NCBI GenBank assembly: GCA_001784155.1
Contig: MFPL01000006.1
Coordinates: forward strand, 87,280 to 151,279
Reading direction: 5' to 3'
From: Candidatus Levybacteria bacterium RIFCSPLOWO2_12_FULL_41_12
GTDB lineage: Bacteria > Patescibacteriota > Microgenomatia > Levybacterales > UBA12049
DNA length: 64,000 bases
Shown here: positions 9,039 through 18,801 of the stretch, piece by piece
Layout of the letters: every line of letters begins with the position of its first letter
How positions within the stretch are numbered: position 1 is the first letter of the stretch
Program-made: the position numbers and the translations under genes
The notes under the pieces: generated by a model
Seen by the model: only the letters and a program-made list of their open reading frames with translations
Told to the model about the DNA's origin: nothing
Databases searched by the model: none

Positions 9039-10260
9039 TCCTGAGATTTTCTTTTTTTACCTCCTTTTGCTTTTATTGCCCACACAATTAGGCAAACATT
9101 TTTGGCCCACGTTTTCTTATGTCCTGGGAACAAGGGTGGACTATTTATCCCCTACCCTTTATCTGACAGATATCATCATCCTTTTTATAACCCTTTTTTA
9201 TTTGCCAAAAGCAAAAATCTTTCAGAGGATAGAAAAGTACAAAAAGTATATCTTCCTATTTTTTCTCTTTACCTTTTTAAGCATCGCATCCTCAGCATCT
9301 CCCCTATCGGGAATCTACTCACAACTTAAGCTTCTGGAATTTTTAATTCTTTTTCTTTTCATCAGCGATAACTACGAGAGGGTTAAAAACTTTATTGCGC
9401 CTGCCATGGCTATGGGAATTATTTTCGTGTCGGTACTTGCTATTGCGCAGTTTTTAAATGGCGGATCGATTGGCGGAATTTTCTACTTTGCCGGAGAAAG
9501 ATTTTTTTCGTCCAGCTCGCCAAACATTGCAAATGCGTTTATAGCAGGAGAATTGGTTCTCCGCCCTTACGCAACATTTCCCCATCCAAATGTTCTCGCA
9601 GCCTATATCTTAATAGGAACTTTTTTTATTCTTAAAGAGTTATCAACGCGCAGGCCTGTTGGAAGTTTCTTTTATTTTATCTCCTTAGGGATGGGATCTA
9701 TTGCTATCGTGCTGACATTAAGCCGCATGGCTATATTTTTGTATGCTTTGCTTTTGATTTATACCGTCTTAGGAAGAGCAAGAATTAACAAAAAGTTAAA
9801 CTTAAAAATACTCCTTTTCCTCGCTCCCCTGTTCGTATTATCGCGTGAGATTTTTATAAGGTTTCAAAATCTTTTCTTGATCGACCAGTCGGTTGTTGAA
9901 AGACTTGATCTGACGCGCGCATCCATGAAGATGTTTTTTGACCATCCATTCACGGGGGCCGGTCTGGGGAATTTTCTACATACTATCCCCTATTATTACA
10001 AGTCCGATAGTCTCTTTTTTTTACAACCTGTTCATAATATTTTTCTATTTGCTGCAAGCGAAGTAGGGATAGTAGGCTTAGGTCTTTTAACTGCAATTTT
10101 TGTTATTCTTTTTAAGAATGCATCGAGAAATAATTTTATCTTAAGTTTTATAGTCCTTGCGCTTTCTCTATCTGATCACTTTTTTCTTACTCTTCAGCAG
10201 GGACAGATATTATTTATTTTAACAGCGGCTTATATTCTGGCGGACAAATCCCGAAATTAA
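8968..10260 (+). CDS. O-antigen ligase family membrane protein (true start probably slightly downstream)
   Basis: Multi-TM; RPYATFPHPNVLA, TLSR, PFTGAGLGNF, PVHNIFL. Confidence 0.8.
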   Translation: MVRLSRSPWGKGKTEYLLSNLRTNPEIFFFYLLLLLLPTQLGKHFWPTFSYVLGTRVDYLSPTLYLTDIIILFITLFYLPKAKIFQRIEKYKKYIFLFFLFTFLSIASSASPLSGIYSQLKLLEFLILFLFISDNYERVKNFIAPAMAMGIIFVSVLAIAQFLNGGSIGGIFYFAGERFFSSSSPNIANAFIAGELVLRPYATFPHPNVLAAYILIGTFFILKELSTRRPVGSFFYFISLGMGSIAIVLTLSRMAIFLYALLLIYTVLGRARINKKLNLKILLFLAPLFVLSREIFIRFQNLFLIDQSVVERLDLTRASMKMFFDHPFTGAGLGNFLHTIPYYYKSDSLFFLQPVHNIFLFAASEVGIVGLGLLTAIFVILFKNASRNNFILSFIVLALSLSDHFFLTLQQGQILFILTAAYILADKSRN

Positions 10261-10367
10261 TGCTAGAATATAAAAGTAAACTTAGACGTTCTTCGGATTA
10301 CCAATTCGAATAATTTTTTTTGATAGTCCTATAAAAGTAGAATTATACCGGAAATGGATTCACAAAG

Positions 10368-10793
10368 ATGACAAACGACACTAACGAGATAAATGTGTTT
10401 GCCGATGGCGGTGCTAGGGGTAATCCTGGTCCTTCTGCAATTGGCGTTCATATCGAGGATTCCGAGGGAAATCACGTGGCGAGCCTTGGTAAAAAGATAG
10501 GCCACGGAACAAATAATATGGCAGAATATACTGCGGTAGTTGAAGCGTTTGACTTAATTCTTGAAATGGATATCAAGCCATCTAAGGTCAATTTCTACCT
10601 GGATTCAAATCTTGTGGTATCTCAGCTCAACGGAGTTTTTAAAATTAAAAACGCTAATCTAAGGGAACTCCTTTTTAAGATAAAAGAGAAAGAGACTCTT
10701 GTTGGGTGTCCTACTACCTACTCCCACATTCCCAGAGAAAAAAATATAAAGGCAGACGAGTTGGTAAACAAGGCGCTGGACAACCTGCTTTAG
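10368..10793 (+). CDS. rnhA: ribonuclease HI
   Basis: ADGGARGNPGPSA, TNNMAEY, DSNLVVSQLNG, HIPREKNIKAD. Confidence 0.9.
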   Translation: MTNDTNEINVFADGGARGNPGPSAIGVHIEDSEGNHVASLGKKIGHGTNNMAEYTAVVEAFDLILEMDIKPSKVNFYLDSNLVVSQLNGVFKIKNANLRELLFKIKEKETLVGCPTTYSHIPREKNIKADELVNKALDNLL

Positions 10794-10814
10794 ATAAGAA
10801 TAAAATAGATCTAA

Positions 10815-13463
10815 ATGTCTATCCCTCCTGTCCAAGAAGATACAGAAAAACCCCCTATTCTTGTTGTAGATAAAGCAGGACTTTTCGGTTCAAAACTTGC
10901 TGAACTTCTTGCTAAAAAGCATCTAGTTGTTTTGGTAACAGGCAGACTAGACAGCGCTGAAAAAGAAAACATTATTACAGTCCCCTTCGTAAAACGGGTT
11001 CCGCGTATCCCCGACAATAAGTACTCTCAGATATTTATTATTGATGATCAGTCTCGGGAAACGCGTAATTCCCTAAACGGATACATAAACAAAAGTCAAT
11101 TTGATAAGGTCGCACTATTTTTTGTAACAGATATCAGAAAGCTCGATGGCCGGATCCTGAGTGAAATTAATGCTTCCCCACAGAGGGTTAAGCTCATCCT
11201 TCTGGGAGATCTGTTTGGCAGAGACAAGATATATGATGACGTCTCAGTCATTAGCAGGTTTCACGAGAGTGCTAAAAAAAAGGGGGGGGTGCTTGTGGAG
11301 GGCACAGGTCTCAACCATTCGCTTCCGGTTTTTGATGAGGACGTATTAGATTTTCTTGTAAAGCAAACGGAAGAGACTGGAAGTTCGAAAAAAATTCTGT
11401 ATTTATTTCCAAATCGCGAGATTACAGACCTTTCGCTAGCAAGGATGATAAAAAAGATATATCCCCCTATCTCAATAGATTTTGTAAAAGGGGGCAACCC
11501 TAGAAAATACTTTATTCCTGAAGGAGGAGACTTTGTAATGGGGGATTATAAAGTTGAGGATAAGATTAGGAAACTTAACCTGGACGAACTGGGAGGAAAA
11601 ATCGAGAAAAAAAAGATTATCAGGCAAGGTGTAAGGCTTTATTCCTATAAAACTTTTTGGATTATCTTCATGATTTTTTTCTTGCTATCTTTGCCTCTTC
11701 TTACAGCACTGTTCTATTCGTTTTTGGGAATCTACTCACTTAATTCGGCAAAGAACTCTTTGGAAAAGGGAAATCTAGTAAGCGCCCATAAAGATGCAAA
11801 AAGAGGATTAACATTTTTTAATGTAGCAGAGAAATCCTCGCGTCTTATGGTATCTGAAGCAAGCATAGTTGGAATAAATGGTCAATCAAGAAGACTAAAT
11901 AATGAAGTAAGGCTAGGCAAAGAAGTTTCGTCTGCAGCAGTGTATTTCATAGAGGCCTCAGAAAAACTAAAAGCAATATACATTGGTAAATCACAAGACC
12001 CAAGAAGAGAATTTATAGAAGCGACCAATCTGTTAAAAAACTCAATATCGGTTTTTAGAAAAATTGAAGCGGATAAAAATCTCAATTCAGAATTCTCACG
12101 GGAAATTAAATCGCTAGAGCCGCTTCTTGAGATGCTTGTCTCAACGTCCGAAGTTCTGCCGGACCTACTGGGTTTTGAAGATGAAAAAACTTATCTACTT
12201 CTTTTTCAAAACAATATGGAGCTTCGCCCGGGCGGCGGGTTCATAGGGTCCTACGGAATACTAAAAATGAAAAAAGGTAGGGTAGAGGATTTTAAGATTA
12301 ACGATGTTTACTCAGCAGATGGGCAGCTAAAGGCTCACGTTGAGCCTCCATATCCAATACGTAGATACTTACCATCAGCAAACTGGTACATGAGAGACAG
12401 TAACTTCGACCCGGATTTTCCTACATCCGCCCGAAGCGCCGCTTACTTATTGAATTTGGAAACGGGAGTTAGGGTAGACGGAGTTATAGCCGTGGATGTT
12501 TCGTTCGTCAAGGAGGTACTTAAGAGTATAGGTACGGTTGAGGTTTCTGATTATAAACAGAAGGTAAGCGCAAATAATTTCTATACACTTACGCAAAAAC
12601 ATGCGGAGGAAAACTTTTTCCCTGGATCTACACAAAAAAAAGATTTTTTAAGTTCACTTTATAAGTCAATTCAGTTGTCCTTAAGTGGCAAAAAAAATAA
12701 AAGCTATTTTTCTCTTTCACAGGCAGTCTCAAAGGCATTAACAGGTAAACATATTCTTTTTGCGCTTAATGATTCGCGAGCACAAGAGGCTTTCTCTATT
12801 GGGGGATGGTCTTCGGCACTAATTGATAATAGAGTAAATGAAAGCGGCGTCTATAATGACTACGTTGCAATTAACGAAGCAAATTTAGGAGTAAATAAGG
12901 CAAACTTTTCAGTCAAAAGAAGGGTTTATCACGACGTACTCATCGATGATGGGGACGCCGTAGCAGCAAGCCTGGAAATAATTTATGATAACGACGGAAA
13001 AAGCGACTACAAGAATTATCTTAGAGCAATTGTTCCGTTTGGTGCGGTTTTAAAAGACATAAAGCTCGACGGGAAAAGACAGGAAATATCCCCGGCAGTA
13101 ACAAACCCAGGCATTTATGAAAAGAGCGGATTTATCCCACCTCAAGGGCTAGAGGTTGAAGATTATGAGCAGTATGATAAGAGGGTATTTGGGTTTTTGG
13201 TAAATGTTCCAAAAGGAAAGAAGAGGATAGTGACAATTACCTACACTTTGCCAAAGGCTCAATTTAAGAACGGGAAGCTTGATTACAGCATGAGCTATTT
13301 TAAACAGCCCGGAACTGAAGAATACCCTTTTACCCTGAATTTAAAATTCCCCTCTGGGGTAGCGATAGTCTCTACTAAAGGAAGAAGGGAAGAGGATAGG
13401 GTAGTCTATTCGGACCGAATATCCTCCGACTTTACCTTTCTCAGCTCTTTTGCTAGGAGGTAG
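10815..13463 (+). CDS. DUF4012-like membrane protein with degenerate N-terminal Rossmann/epimerase-like domain
   Basis: YLLLFQNNMELRPGGGFIGSYG, WYMRDSNFDPDFP, EANLGVNKAN, KQPG; N-terminal AGLFGSKL. Confidence 0.75.
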   Translation: MSIPPVQEDTEKPPILVVDKAGLFGSKLAELLAKKHLVVLVTGRLDSAEKENIITVPFVKRVPRIPDNKYSQIFIIDDQSRETRNSLNGYINKSQFDKVALFFVTDIRKLDGRILSEINASPQRVKLILLGDLFGRDKIYDDVSVISRFHESAKKKGGVLVEGTGLNHSLPVFDEDVLDFLVKQTEETGSSKKILYLFPNREITDLSLARMIKKIYPPISIDFVKGGNPRKYFIPEGGDFVMGDYKVEDKIRKLNLDELGGKIEKKKIIRQGVRLYSYKTFWIIFMIFFLLSLPLLTALFYSFLGIYSLNSAKNSLEKGNLVSAHKDAKRGLTFFNVAEKSSRLMVSEASIVGINGQSRRLNNEVRLGKEVSSAAVYFIEASEKLKAIYIGKSQDPRREFIEATNLLKNSISVFRKIEADKNLNSEFSREIKSLEPLLEMLVSTSEVLPDLLGFEDEKTYLLLFQNNMELRPGGGFIGSYGILKMKKGRVEDFKINDVYSADGQLKAHVEPPYPIRRYLPSANWYMRDSNFDPDFPTSARSAAYLLNLETGVRVDGVIAVDVSFVKEVLKSIGTVEVSDYKQKVSANNFYTLTQKHAEENFFPGSTQKKDFLSSLYKSIQLSLSGKKNKSYFSLSQAVSKALTGKHILFALNDSRAQEAFSIGGWSSALIDNRVNESGVYNDYVAINEANLGVNKANFSVKRRVYHDVLIDDGDAVAASLEIIYDNDGKSDYKNYLRAIVPFGAVLKDIKLDGKRQEISPAVTNPGIYEKSGFIPPQGLEVEDYEQYDKRVFGFLVNVPKGKKRIVTITYTLPKAQFKNGKLDYSMSYFKQPGTEEYPFTLNLKFPSGVAIVSTKGRREEDRVVYSDRISSDFTFLSSFARR

Positions 13464-13469
13464 CTCTCC

Positions 13470-13500
13470 CTTGCCCCTCGTAGTTTTAAACGAAGTGGGG
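13470..13500 (-). repeat. hairpin element (TTCG...CTAC type), intergenic between convergent genes
   Basis: Reverse strand CCCCAC-TTCGTTTAAAACTAC-GAGGGG-CAAG. Confidence 0.75.
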
Positions 13501-13524
13501 TGCTATAAATGCCTCAATAAAAAG

Positions 13525-13914
13525 TTAGGATTTTGCAACTGCGATTACTTCTATCTCAACATCAACTCCATTTATTGGCGATGCGGCTTGGACCGAAACT
13601 TTCGTAGGTTCTTGTCCTTCAGAAAAATACTGTTTGTAAATTTCATTAATTTCTTTCCTATCTTTAACATTCCTAAAATAAATAACTACCCGAACTGTGT
13701 CGTCCATTTCGCACACGCATTGAGACAGTAAGTATTTTATATTTTCCATTGTTCTTTTTGTTTGCTCTTTAATATTCCCTGGAATTATTTCTCCTGTTTT
13801 AAGATCTGAAGATAGTTGGCTGCTTAGAAGTATGAAATTTCCTGCTTTAACAATATGGTTAAAACCGGTCGTTGGTTTTTTGACACCTTTTGGAATGACA
13901 ACCTGCTTTTTCAT
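13525..13914 (-). CDS. RidA/YjgF family protein
   Basis: VKAGNFILLSSQ, IKEQTKRTMENI, VDVEIEVIA. Confidence 0.85.
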   Translation of the reverse strand: MKKQVVIPKGVKKPTTGFNHIVKAGNFILLSSQLSSDLKTGEIIPGNIKEQTKRTMENIKYLLSQCVCEMDDTVRVVIYFRNVKDRKEINEIYKQYFSEGQEPTKVSVQAASPINGVDVEIEVIAVAKS

Positions 13915-13953
13915 TATCTTGTGGCATCATTGTACCAAAAACCAAATAAGCTC

Positions 13954-13962
13954 TGCTATAAT
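13954..13962 (+). promoter_or_regulatory. extended -10 promoter, leaderless
   Basis: TGCTATAAT 6 nt before ATG 13969. Confidence 0.7.
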
Positions 13963-13968
13963 TGCCTC

Positions 13969-14331
13969 ATGCCGAAGTATAAATATACAGTCGAGGAAGC
14001 CAATAAATTTAACAAACACGGAATAGATCTTACCGTTTACCCGACCGATATTGAATCAGCAAACGTAGTTCATGTTTCTGTCGAAAAAGGACACTTTCAA
14101 GAGTTTTACGATAAAGAAAGCTGGTATATTTACTACATTTATGAAGGCAGTGGAGAGTTTGTATTAAACGATGAGAAAATAAAAGTTGAGGCAACAGATC
14201 TTTTAGCAATTCCCCCAAAAACAAGGATTCATTATTTTGGGAAAATGAAAATGGTCTTAACAGTTTCGCCTGCATTTAAACCAGAAAACGAAGTGCACGT
14301 AAAATTTATTGAGGAGCCAAAGAATGGATAA
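13969..14331 (+). CDS. cupin domain protein
   Basis: YIYYIYEGSGEFVL, IPPKTRIHY; start moved to 13969 using promoter spacing. Confidence 0.75.
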   Translation: MPKYKYTVEEANKFNKHGIDLTVYPTDIESANVVHVSVEKGHFQEFYDKESWYIYYIYEGSGEFVLNDEKIKVEATDLLAIPPKTRIHYFGKMKMVLTVSPAFKPENEVHVKFIEEPKNG

Positions 14332-16513
14332 GGTCTATAAGCATAAAGATGTTGAAGAGAAAATTTATAAGTCTTGGGAAGAAAAAGGTTTTTTCCGCCC
14401 CGAAGTAAATCCTAAGGGAAAACCTTTTTCAATAATCTTACCTCCTCCTAATGCTAATGCGCCGCTTCACTTCGGACATGCAATGTATGTTATTGAGGAT
14501 ATTTTAATCCGCTACCACAGAATGAAGGGTGACAAAACTCTTTGGCTTCCCGGAGCAGACCACGCAGGATTTGAAACACAATTTGTTTTTGAAAAAAAGC
14601 TCCAAGGTGAGGGAAAGTCTCGTTTTGATTTTGATCGAGAGACGTTATACAAGATGATCTGGGATTTTGTCTCTGAGAACAGGCCTGTTATGGAAGGACA
14701 GCTGAGACGTCTTGGCTTTTCTTTGGACTGGGGAAGAAAAAAGTTTACTTTGGACCCTGACATCGTTAAAATAGTTTATAGGACTTTTAAAAAACTTTAT
14801 GACGACGGACTGGTTTATCGCGCAGAGCGTCTTGTTAACTATTGCACCTATGACGGGACGAGCTTTTCTGATTTAGAAGTCCTTTATGAAGAGAGAAAAG
14901 ACCCCCTTTACTACATCAAATATGGTCCTCTTGTTTTAGCTACCACAAGACCTGAGACCAAGTTTGGCGACACTGCAGTTGCCGTTCACCCCGATGACAA
15001 ACGTTATCAAAAATACATTGACAAAGAAATTGAAATAGAAACTGTTTTGGGGAAAGCCAAAATAAAAGTTATAGCAGATGACTTTGTTGATATGGAATTT
15101 GGAACAGGAGTTGTAAAAATAACTCCCGCACATGACTTTGACGATAATGAAGTAGCCAGTCGCCACAATTTGCCGTTAAAACAGGTTATAGGGTTTGATG
15201 GGAAAATGAACGAAAAAGCAGGGAAGTTTGAAGGGCTTTATGTTAAGCAAGCAAGGAAAGCAGTAGTTGAGGAAATGCAAAATAAAGGTTTGCTTGAGAA
15301 AGTTGACGAGAACTACACTCATAGAATCGGACTTTGCTATAAATGTAAAAATCCTATTGAGCCACTTCCTTTGGAACAGTGGTTTGTCAAAACAGGAGAG
15401 CTTGCAAAGCCGGCAATTTCTGCCGTTAAAAAAGGCCTGCCTGCCGGCAGGCAGGGAAAAATAAAAATCTACCCCAAAAACTTTGAGAAAATATATTTTG
15501 ACTTTCTGGAGAACATTAGAGACTGGAACATCTCCCGTCAGATTGTATGGGGAATAAGAGTACCGGCATATAAATGCAGAAATCCGAAATCCGAAATCCG
15601 AAATCCGAAATCAAAGAACGAATGGTTTATTTCCGAAATCAAACCCGAGAAGTGTGAAGTTTGCGGAGAGTGTGATTTTGAGCAGGATCCCGATACCTTT
15701 GATACTTGGTTTTCTTCCGGACAGTGGCCTTTCGCAACGCTTCAAACAAACAAGGAAGGGGATTTTAAAACTTTCTATCCCACATCTGTTATGGAAACGG
15801 GTTATGACATTTTGCGCTGGTGGGTGGCGCGAATGGTCATGCTTGGAATTTATGAAACAGGAAAGATCCCATTCGTAAATATTTTACTTCACGGTCTTGT
15901 TAACGATCCGCTGGGAAAGAAAATGAGTAAGTCAAAAGGAAATGCGGTAAATCCGCTTGAGCTTGTTGATCAGTACGGGGCGGATGCAGTAAGGTTTGCG
16001 CTTGTATACGGGACAGCTACGGGGAATGATCAAAGTCTTTCGTATCCCAAGCTTCAGTCAATGCGCAATTTCACGAATAAGCTTTGGAATATTGGAAGAT
16101 TTCTGCAGCTTCAGCTAGACTCCGGTCTTTTTAAAGACATAAAACCTGCAGAAGGAAAAAGGGAACCAGAAAAATATAAAGAAATGGTAGAGTCTGTGGA
16201 CAATCTTTCTAAAAAGGTATCTGAGTCCCTAGATCAGTACAGATTTCATGACGCAGCAAATGAACTTTACGAATTTATATGGCACGTATTCGCAGACAAA
16301 TACATAGAAGAGCTAAAAGAACCCCTCAAAGACGGAGAAATAGAAGCACTTGCTGCATTTATTTATGTTTGGGAAACGTCTCTTAAGCTTCTCCATCCTT
16401 TTATGCCTTTTATAACAGAAGAGCTTTGGAGGAAAATACCTGAAGCCGAAGGGGATTTAATTGTTTCCAAATGGCCCTCTTTCGCTAAAGCTTCAGAGGG
16501 CAAGCCCCTATGA
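14324..16513 (+). CDS. valS: valine--tRNA ligase (lacks C-terminal coiled-coil arm; contains three repeat insertions)
   Basis: PPPNANAPLHFGHA, GADHAG, ATTRPET, DWNISRQ, DTFDTWFSS, KMSKSKGN. Confidence 0.95.
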   Translation: MDKVYKHKDVEEKIYKSWEEKGFFRPEVNPKGKPFSIILPPPNANAPLHFGHAMYVIEDILIRYHRMKGDKTLWLPGADHAGFETQFVFEKKLQGEGKSRFDFDRETLYKMIWDFVSENRPVMEGQLRRLGFSLDWGRKKFTLDPDIVKIVYRTFKKLYDDGLVYRAERLVNYCTYDGTSFSDLEVLYEERKDPLYYIKYGPLVLATTRPETKFGDTAVAVHPDDKRYQKYIDKEIEIETVLGKAKIKVIADDFVDMEFGTGVVKITPAHDFDDNEVASRHNLPLKQVIGFDGKMNEKAGKFEGLYVKQARKAVVEEMQNKGLLEKVDENYTHRIGLCYKCKNPIEPLPLEQWFVKTGELAKPAISAVKKGLPAGRQGKIKIYPKNFEKIYFDFLENIRDWNISRQIVWGIRVPAYKCRNPKSEIRNPKSKNEWFISEIKPEKCEVCGECDFEQDPDTFDTWFSSGQWPFATLQTNKEGDFKTFYPTSVMETGYDILRWWVARMVMLGIYETGKIPFVNILLHGLVNDPLGKKMSKSKGNAVNPLELVDQYGADAVRFALVYGTATGNDQSLSYPKLQSMRNFTNKLWNIGRFLQLQLDSGLFKDIKPAEGKREPEKYKEMVESVDNLSKKVSESLDQYRFHDAANELYEFIWHVFADKYIEELKEPLKDGEIEALAAFIYVWETSLKLLHPFMPFITEELWRKIPEAEGDLIVSKWPSFAKASEGKPL
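15436..15455. repeat. perfect 20-bp palindrome inserted in-frame in valS
   Basis: CCTGCCTGCCGGCAGGCAGG, encodes LPAGRQG. Confidence 0.85.
15579..15612 (+). repeat. heptamer tandem repeat (GAAATCC)x4 plus partial unit, inside valS
   Basis: Direct reading; encodes RNPKSEIRNPKS. Confidence 0.9.
16475..16504 (+). repeat. hairpin element (TTCG...CTTC type) forming valS C-terminus
   Basis: CCCTCT-TTCGCTAAAGCTTC-AGAGGG-CAAG, encodes PSFAKASEGK. Confidence 0.8.
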
Positions 16514-16881
16514 GCAAAAATAACAAACGAATAGAATTCCCGAGCATTTACCGCGCAATTACCGATAAAAATAACGCTCCATTTATTGTATTGTCAATTT
16601 TACTAGTTATTGCTGTTTTTATGGTAGGAATAGATTTAGATAAAAACGTGTCAGAAAGAGATTCAAAAAAAAAGCTGTACGAAGAAAAGTCTAAAGAGAT
16701 TAAATTTTGGGAAGAAGGAGTAGTTAGGTATACGGGCTTTAGAGACGGATATTTTAAACTTGCACTTCTTGAGTTTCAACGCGGTAACTTTAATAAATCA
16801 AGAGAGTATTTGGAAAAAGCTCTGTCTATTGACCCTTCTTTTGAAGAAGGAAAAAGTCTCGAAAAAATCCTAGAGGATTAG
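16510..16881 (+). CDS. membrane-anchored TPR protein
   Basis: TM helix; YFKLALLEFQRGNFNKSREYLEKALSIDP. Confidence 0.65.
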   Translation: MSKNNKRIEFPSIYRAITDKNNAPFIVLSILLVIAVFMVGIDLDKNVSERDSKKKLYEEKSKEIKFWEEGVVRYTGFRDGYFKLALLEFQRGNFNKSREYLEKALSIDPSFEEGKSLEKILED

Positions 16882-17621
16882 CCTTCCTGCTTTTCTTCTG
16901 GAGCCTTTTCCTCAGTAACAGGTTCTGCCGATCCCTTTTGTTCGCCTTCAGATGGTGTCTCTTCGCCTTCCTTAGGTTCTACAGCTTCGCCTTCTACTGT
17001 TTCTGCAGATTCAGCTGCCGCTGCCTCGGCTGCCGCTGCCTCTTCGGCTGCCTGTTCCTGAGCCTCCTTGGAAATAAGCTCTCCTATTTTTGCTACAACT
17101 TGGGCTGCGTCACTGAGAATCTCGACGCCCTCAGGTCTTTTAAGATCGCCGACCGTTATCTGCTCGTCAATGTTAGCTAGATGCGCAACATCTACAGATA
17201 TATTTTCCGGAAGGTCCGTTGGAAACGCTTCCACTTCCACTTCGGATACGATATACATAAGGAGACCTATTTTATCTACAACGGCTTTGGACTCTCCGGT
17301 AAATTCAAGCGGAACCATTGTTTTAACTTTTTCCTTAAGATTCACCTTAAAAAGATCAGCGTGTAAAACATTCTCTTTATAGTTGGTGTGAACGTTGTGG
17401 ATCAAAACGGGGATTGTATCTTTTCCGAGCTTTACGTCAACCAGTCCTGTTTCTCCGGCTTCGACGTAAACCTGCATGAAATCCTTAAGCGTTACCTGAA
17501 CTGCCTGGGATTTTATATCCTTGCCGTAAATGTTGGCGGGGATTACGCCTTCGCGTCTTAATTTTTTTACTGCTTTACCAAGCTCTGTTCTTTTTTCAAC
17601 TTTTAGGGAATACCTTTTCAT
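16878..17621 (-). CDS. rplY: 50S ribosomal protein L25/Ctc
   Basis: KKLRREGVIPANIYG, LHADL, acidic tail. Confidence 0.93.
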   Translation of the reverse strand: MKRYSLKVEKRTELGKAVKKLRREGVIPANIYGKDIKSQAVQVTLKDFMQVYVEAGETGLVDVKLGKDTIPVLIHNVHTNYKENVLHADLFKVNLKEKVKTMVPLEFTGESKAVVDKIGLLMYIVSEVEVEAFPTDLPENISVDVAHLANIDEQITVGDLKRPEGVEILSDAAQVVAKIGELISKEAQEQAAEEAAAAEAAAAESAETVEGEAVEPKEGEETPSEGEQKGSAEPVTEEKAPEEKQEG

Positions 17622-17701
17622 TAAGAGACAATTTTACCTGAAAATGCCACGTTTTACAACTTTACGCACGGGAAGATGCTATAATGAGTTATTAAATCTA
17701 A

Positions 17702-18187
17702 ATGATTGTTCTGGGACTAGATCCGGGAATTGCCCGTCTCGGCTGGGCAATACTAAGTGTAGATAAAGGGAAAGTAAAGGCAATAAGCTTTGACTGCTTC
17801 GAGACGAAAAAAGAATTAAACCTGCCTGAAAGAATTTTTCTGGTTCACGAGAAAGTTTCAGGATTAATTAAAAAATACAAACCAGACTGTCTGTCAATTG
17901 AAGAGATATTTTTTAGTTCAAATGCAAAAACTGCATTTAGCGTAGGGCAATCAAGAGGCGTATGTATTCTTGCGGCAGAGCAAATGGGAGTGCCGACATA
18001 TTCATACACTCCGCTTCAAGTTAAAGTGGCAGTGACGGGGTACGGCAAGGCAGATAAATATCAGGTGGGGCAAATGGTAAAAACTATACTGGGTTTAAAA
18101 ATTGTCCCAAAGCTTGACGATACCTCTGATGCTTTGGCAGTTGCAATTACTCACGCCTTTTCGTATAAAATGAAGGGCAAAATATGA
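17702..18187 (+). CDS. ruvC: Holliday junction resolvase
   Basis: LGLDPGIARLGW, IEEIFF, YTPLQVK, DDTSDALAVA. Confidence 0.95.
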   Translation: MIVLGLDPGIARLGWAILSVDKGKVKAISFDCFETKKELNLPERIFLVHEKVSGLIKKYKPDCLSIEEIFFSSNAKTAFSVGQSRGVCILAAEQMGVPTYSYTPLQVKVAVTGYGKADKYQVGQMVKTILGLKIVPKLDDTSDALAVAITHAFSYKMKGKI

Positions 18188-18234
18188 TGCATTCGACAAG
18201 CTCAGCATCATATTGAGTAAAATCGAAATATGAT
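18181..18234. repeat. back-to-back double hairpin element at ruvC/ruvA junction
   Basis: AATATGATGC-ATTCGACAAGCTCA-GCATCATATT, overlapped by ATCATAT-TGAGTAAAATCGAA-ATATGAT. Confidence 0.8.
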
Positions 18235-18799
18235 CGGTTCATTACGAGGAAAAGTCCAATTTATCCAGGGACAAGAAATAATAATTGACGTCGGAGGAGT
18301 AGGTTACAGGGTAAGTCTTCCTAGATCTGTAGGTACTGTTTCAGGAGGAGACAGTATTTCTCTTTTTATTTACACACACGTTAGGGAGGACGAACTTTCT
18401 CTTTTTGGATTTAAAGAAATTCATGATCTAAGGCTTTTCGAGAACCTTCTAAAAGTTTCGGGAATTGGACCCAAAACCGCCCTTGGAGTTTTTTCTGCGG
18501 GAACACGGGACGAAATTATAAAAGCCACAATTGCGGGAGACGTAGAGTTCTTTGAAAAAGTTCCGCGCTTAGGACGTAAAAATGCTCAGAAAATAATAAT
18601 TGAGCTAAAAAGTAAGTTCGGAGACCTCTCAGACATCGACTTATCAGACAAAGACAAAGAAGAAAATAACGAAGTGATACTTGCCCTTCGTACGTTTGGG
18701 TTTTCAACAAATGAGGCCAGGGATGCGATAAAGAACCTTAAAGATGCTAAGACACTGGACGAGAAAATTAAACAGTCTTTAAGATACCTGGGAAAATAG
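18230..18799 (+). CDS. ruvA: Holliday junction branch migration protein
   Basis: MIGSLRG, GGVGY, HVRED, LFGF, VSGIGPKTA. Confidence 0.95.
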   Translation: MIGSLRGKVQFIQGQEIIIDVGGVGYRVSLPRSVGTVSGGDSISLFIYTHVREDELSLFGFKEIHDLRLFENLLKVSGIGPKTALGVFSAGTRDEIIKATIAGDVEFFEKVPRLGRKNAQKIIIELKSKFGDLSDIDLSDKDKEENNEVILALRTFGFSTNEARDAIKNLKDAKTLDEKIKQSLRYLGK

Positions 18800-18801
18800 A
18801 A

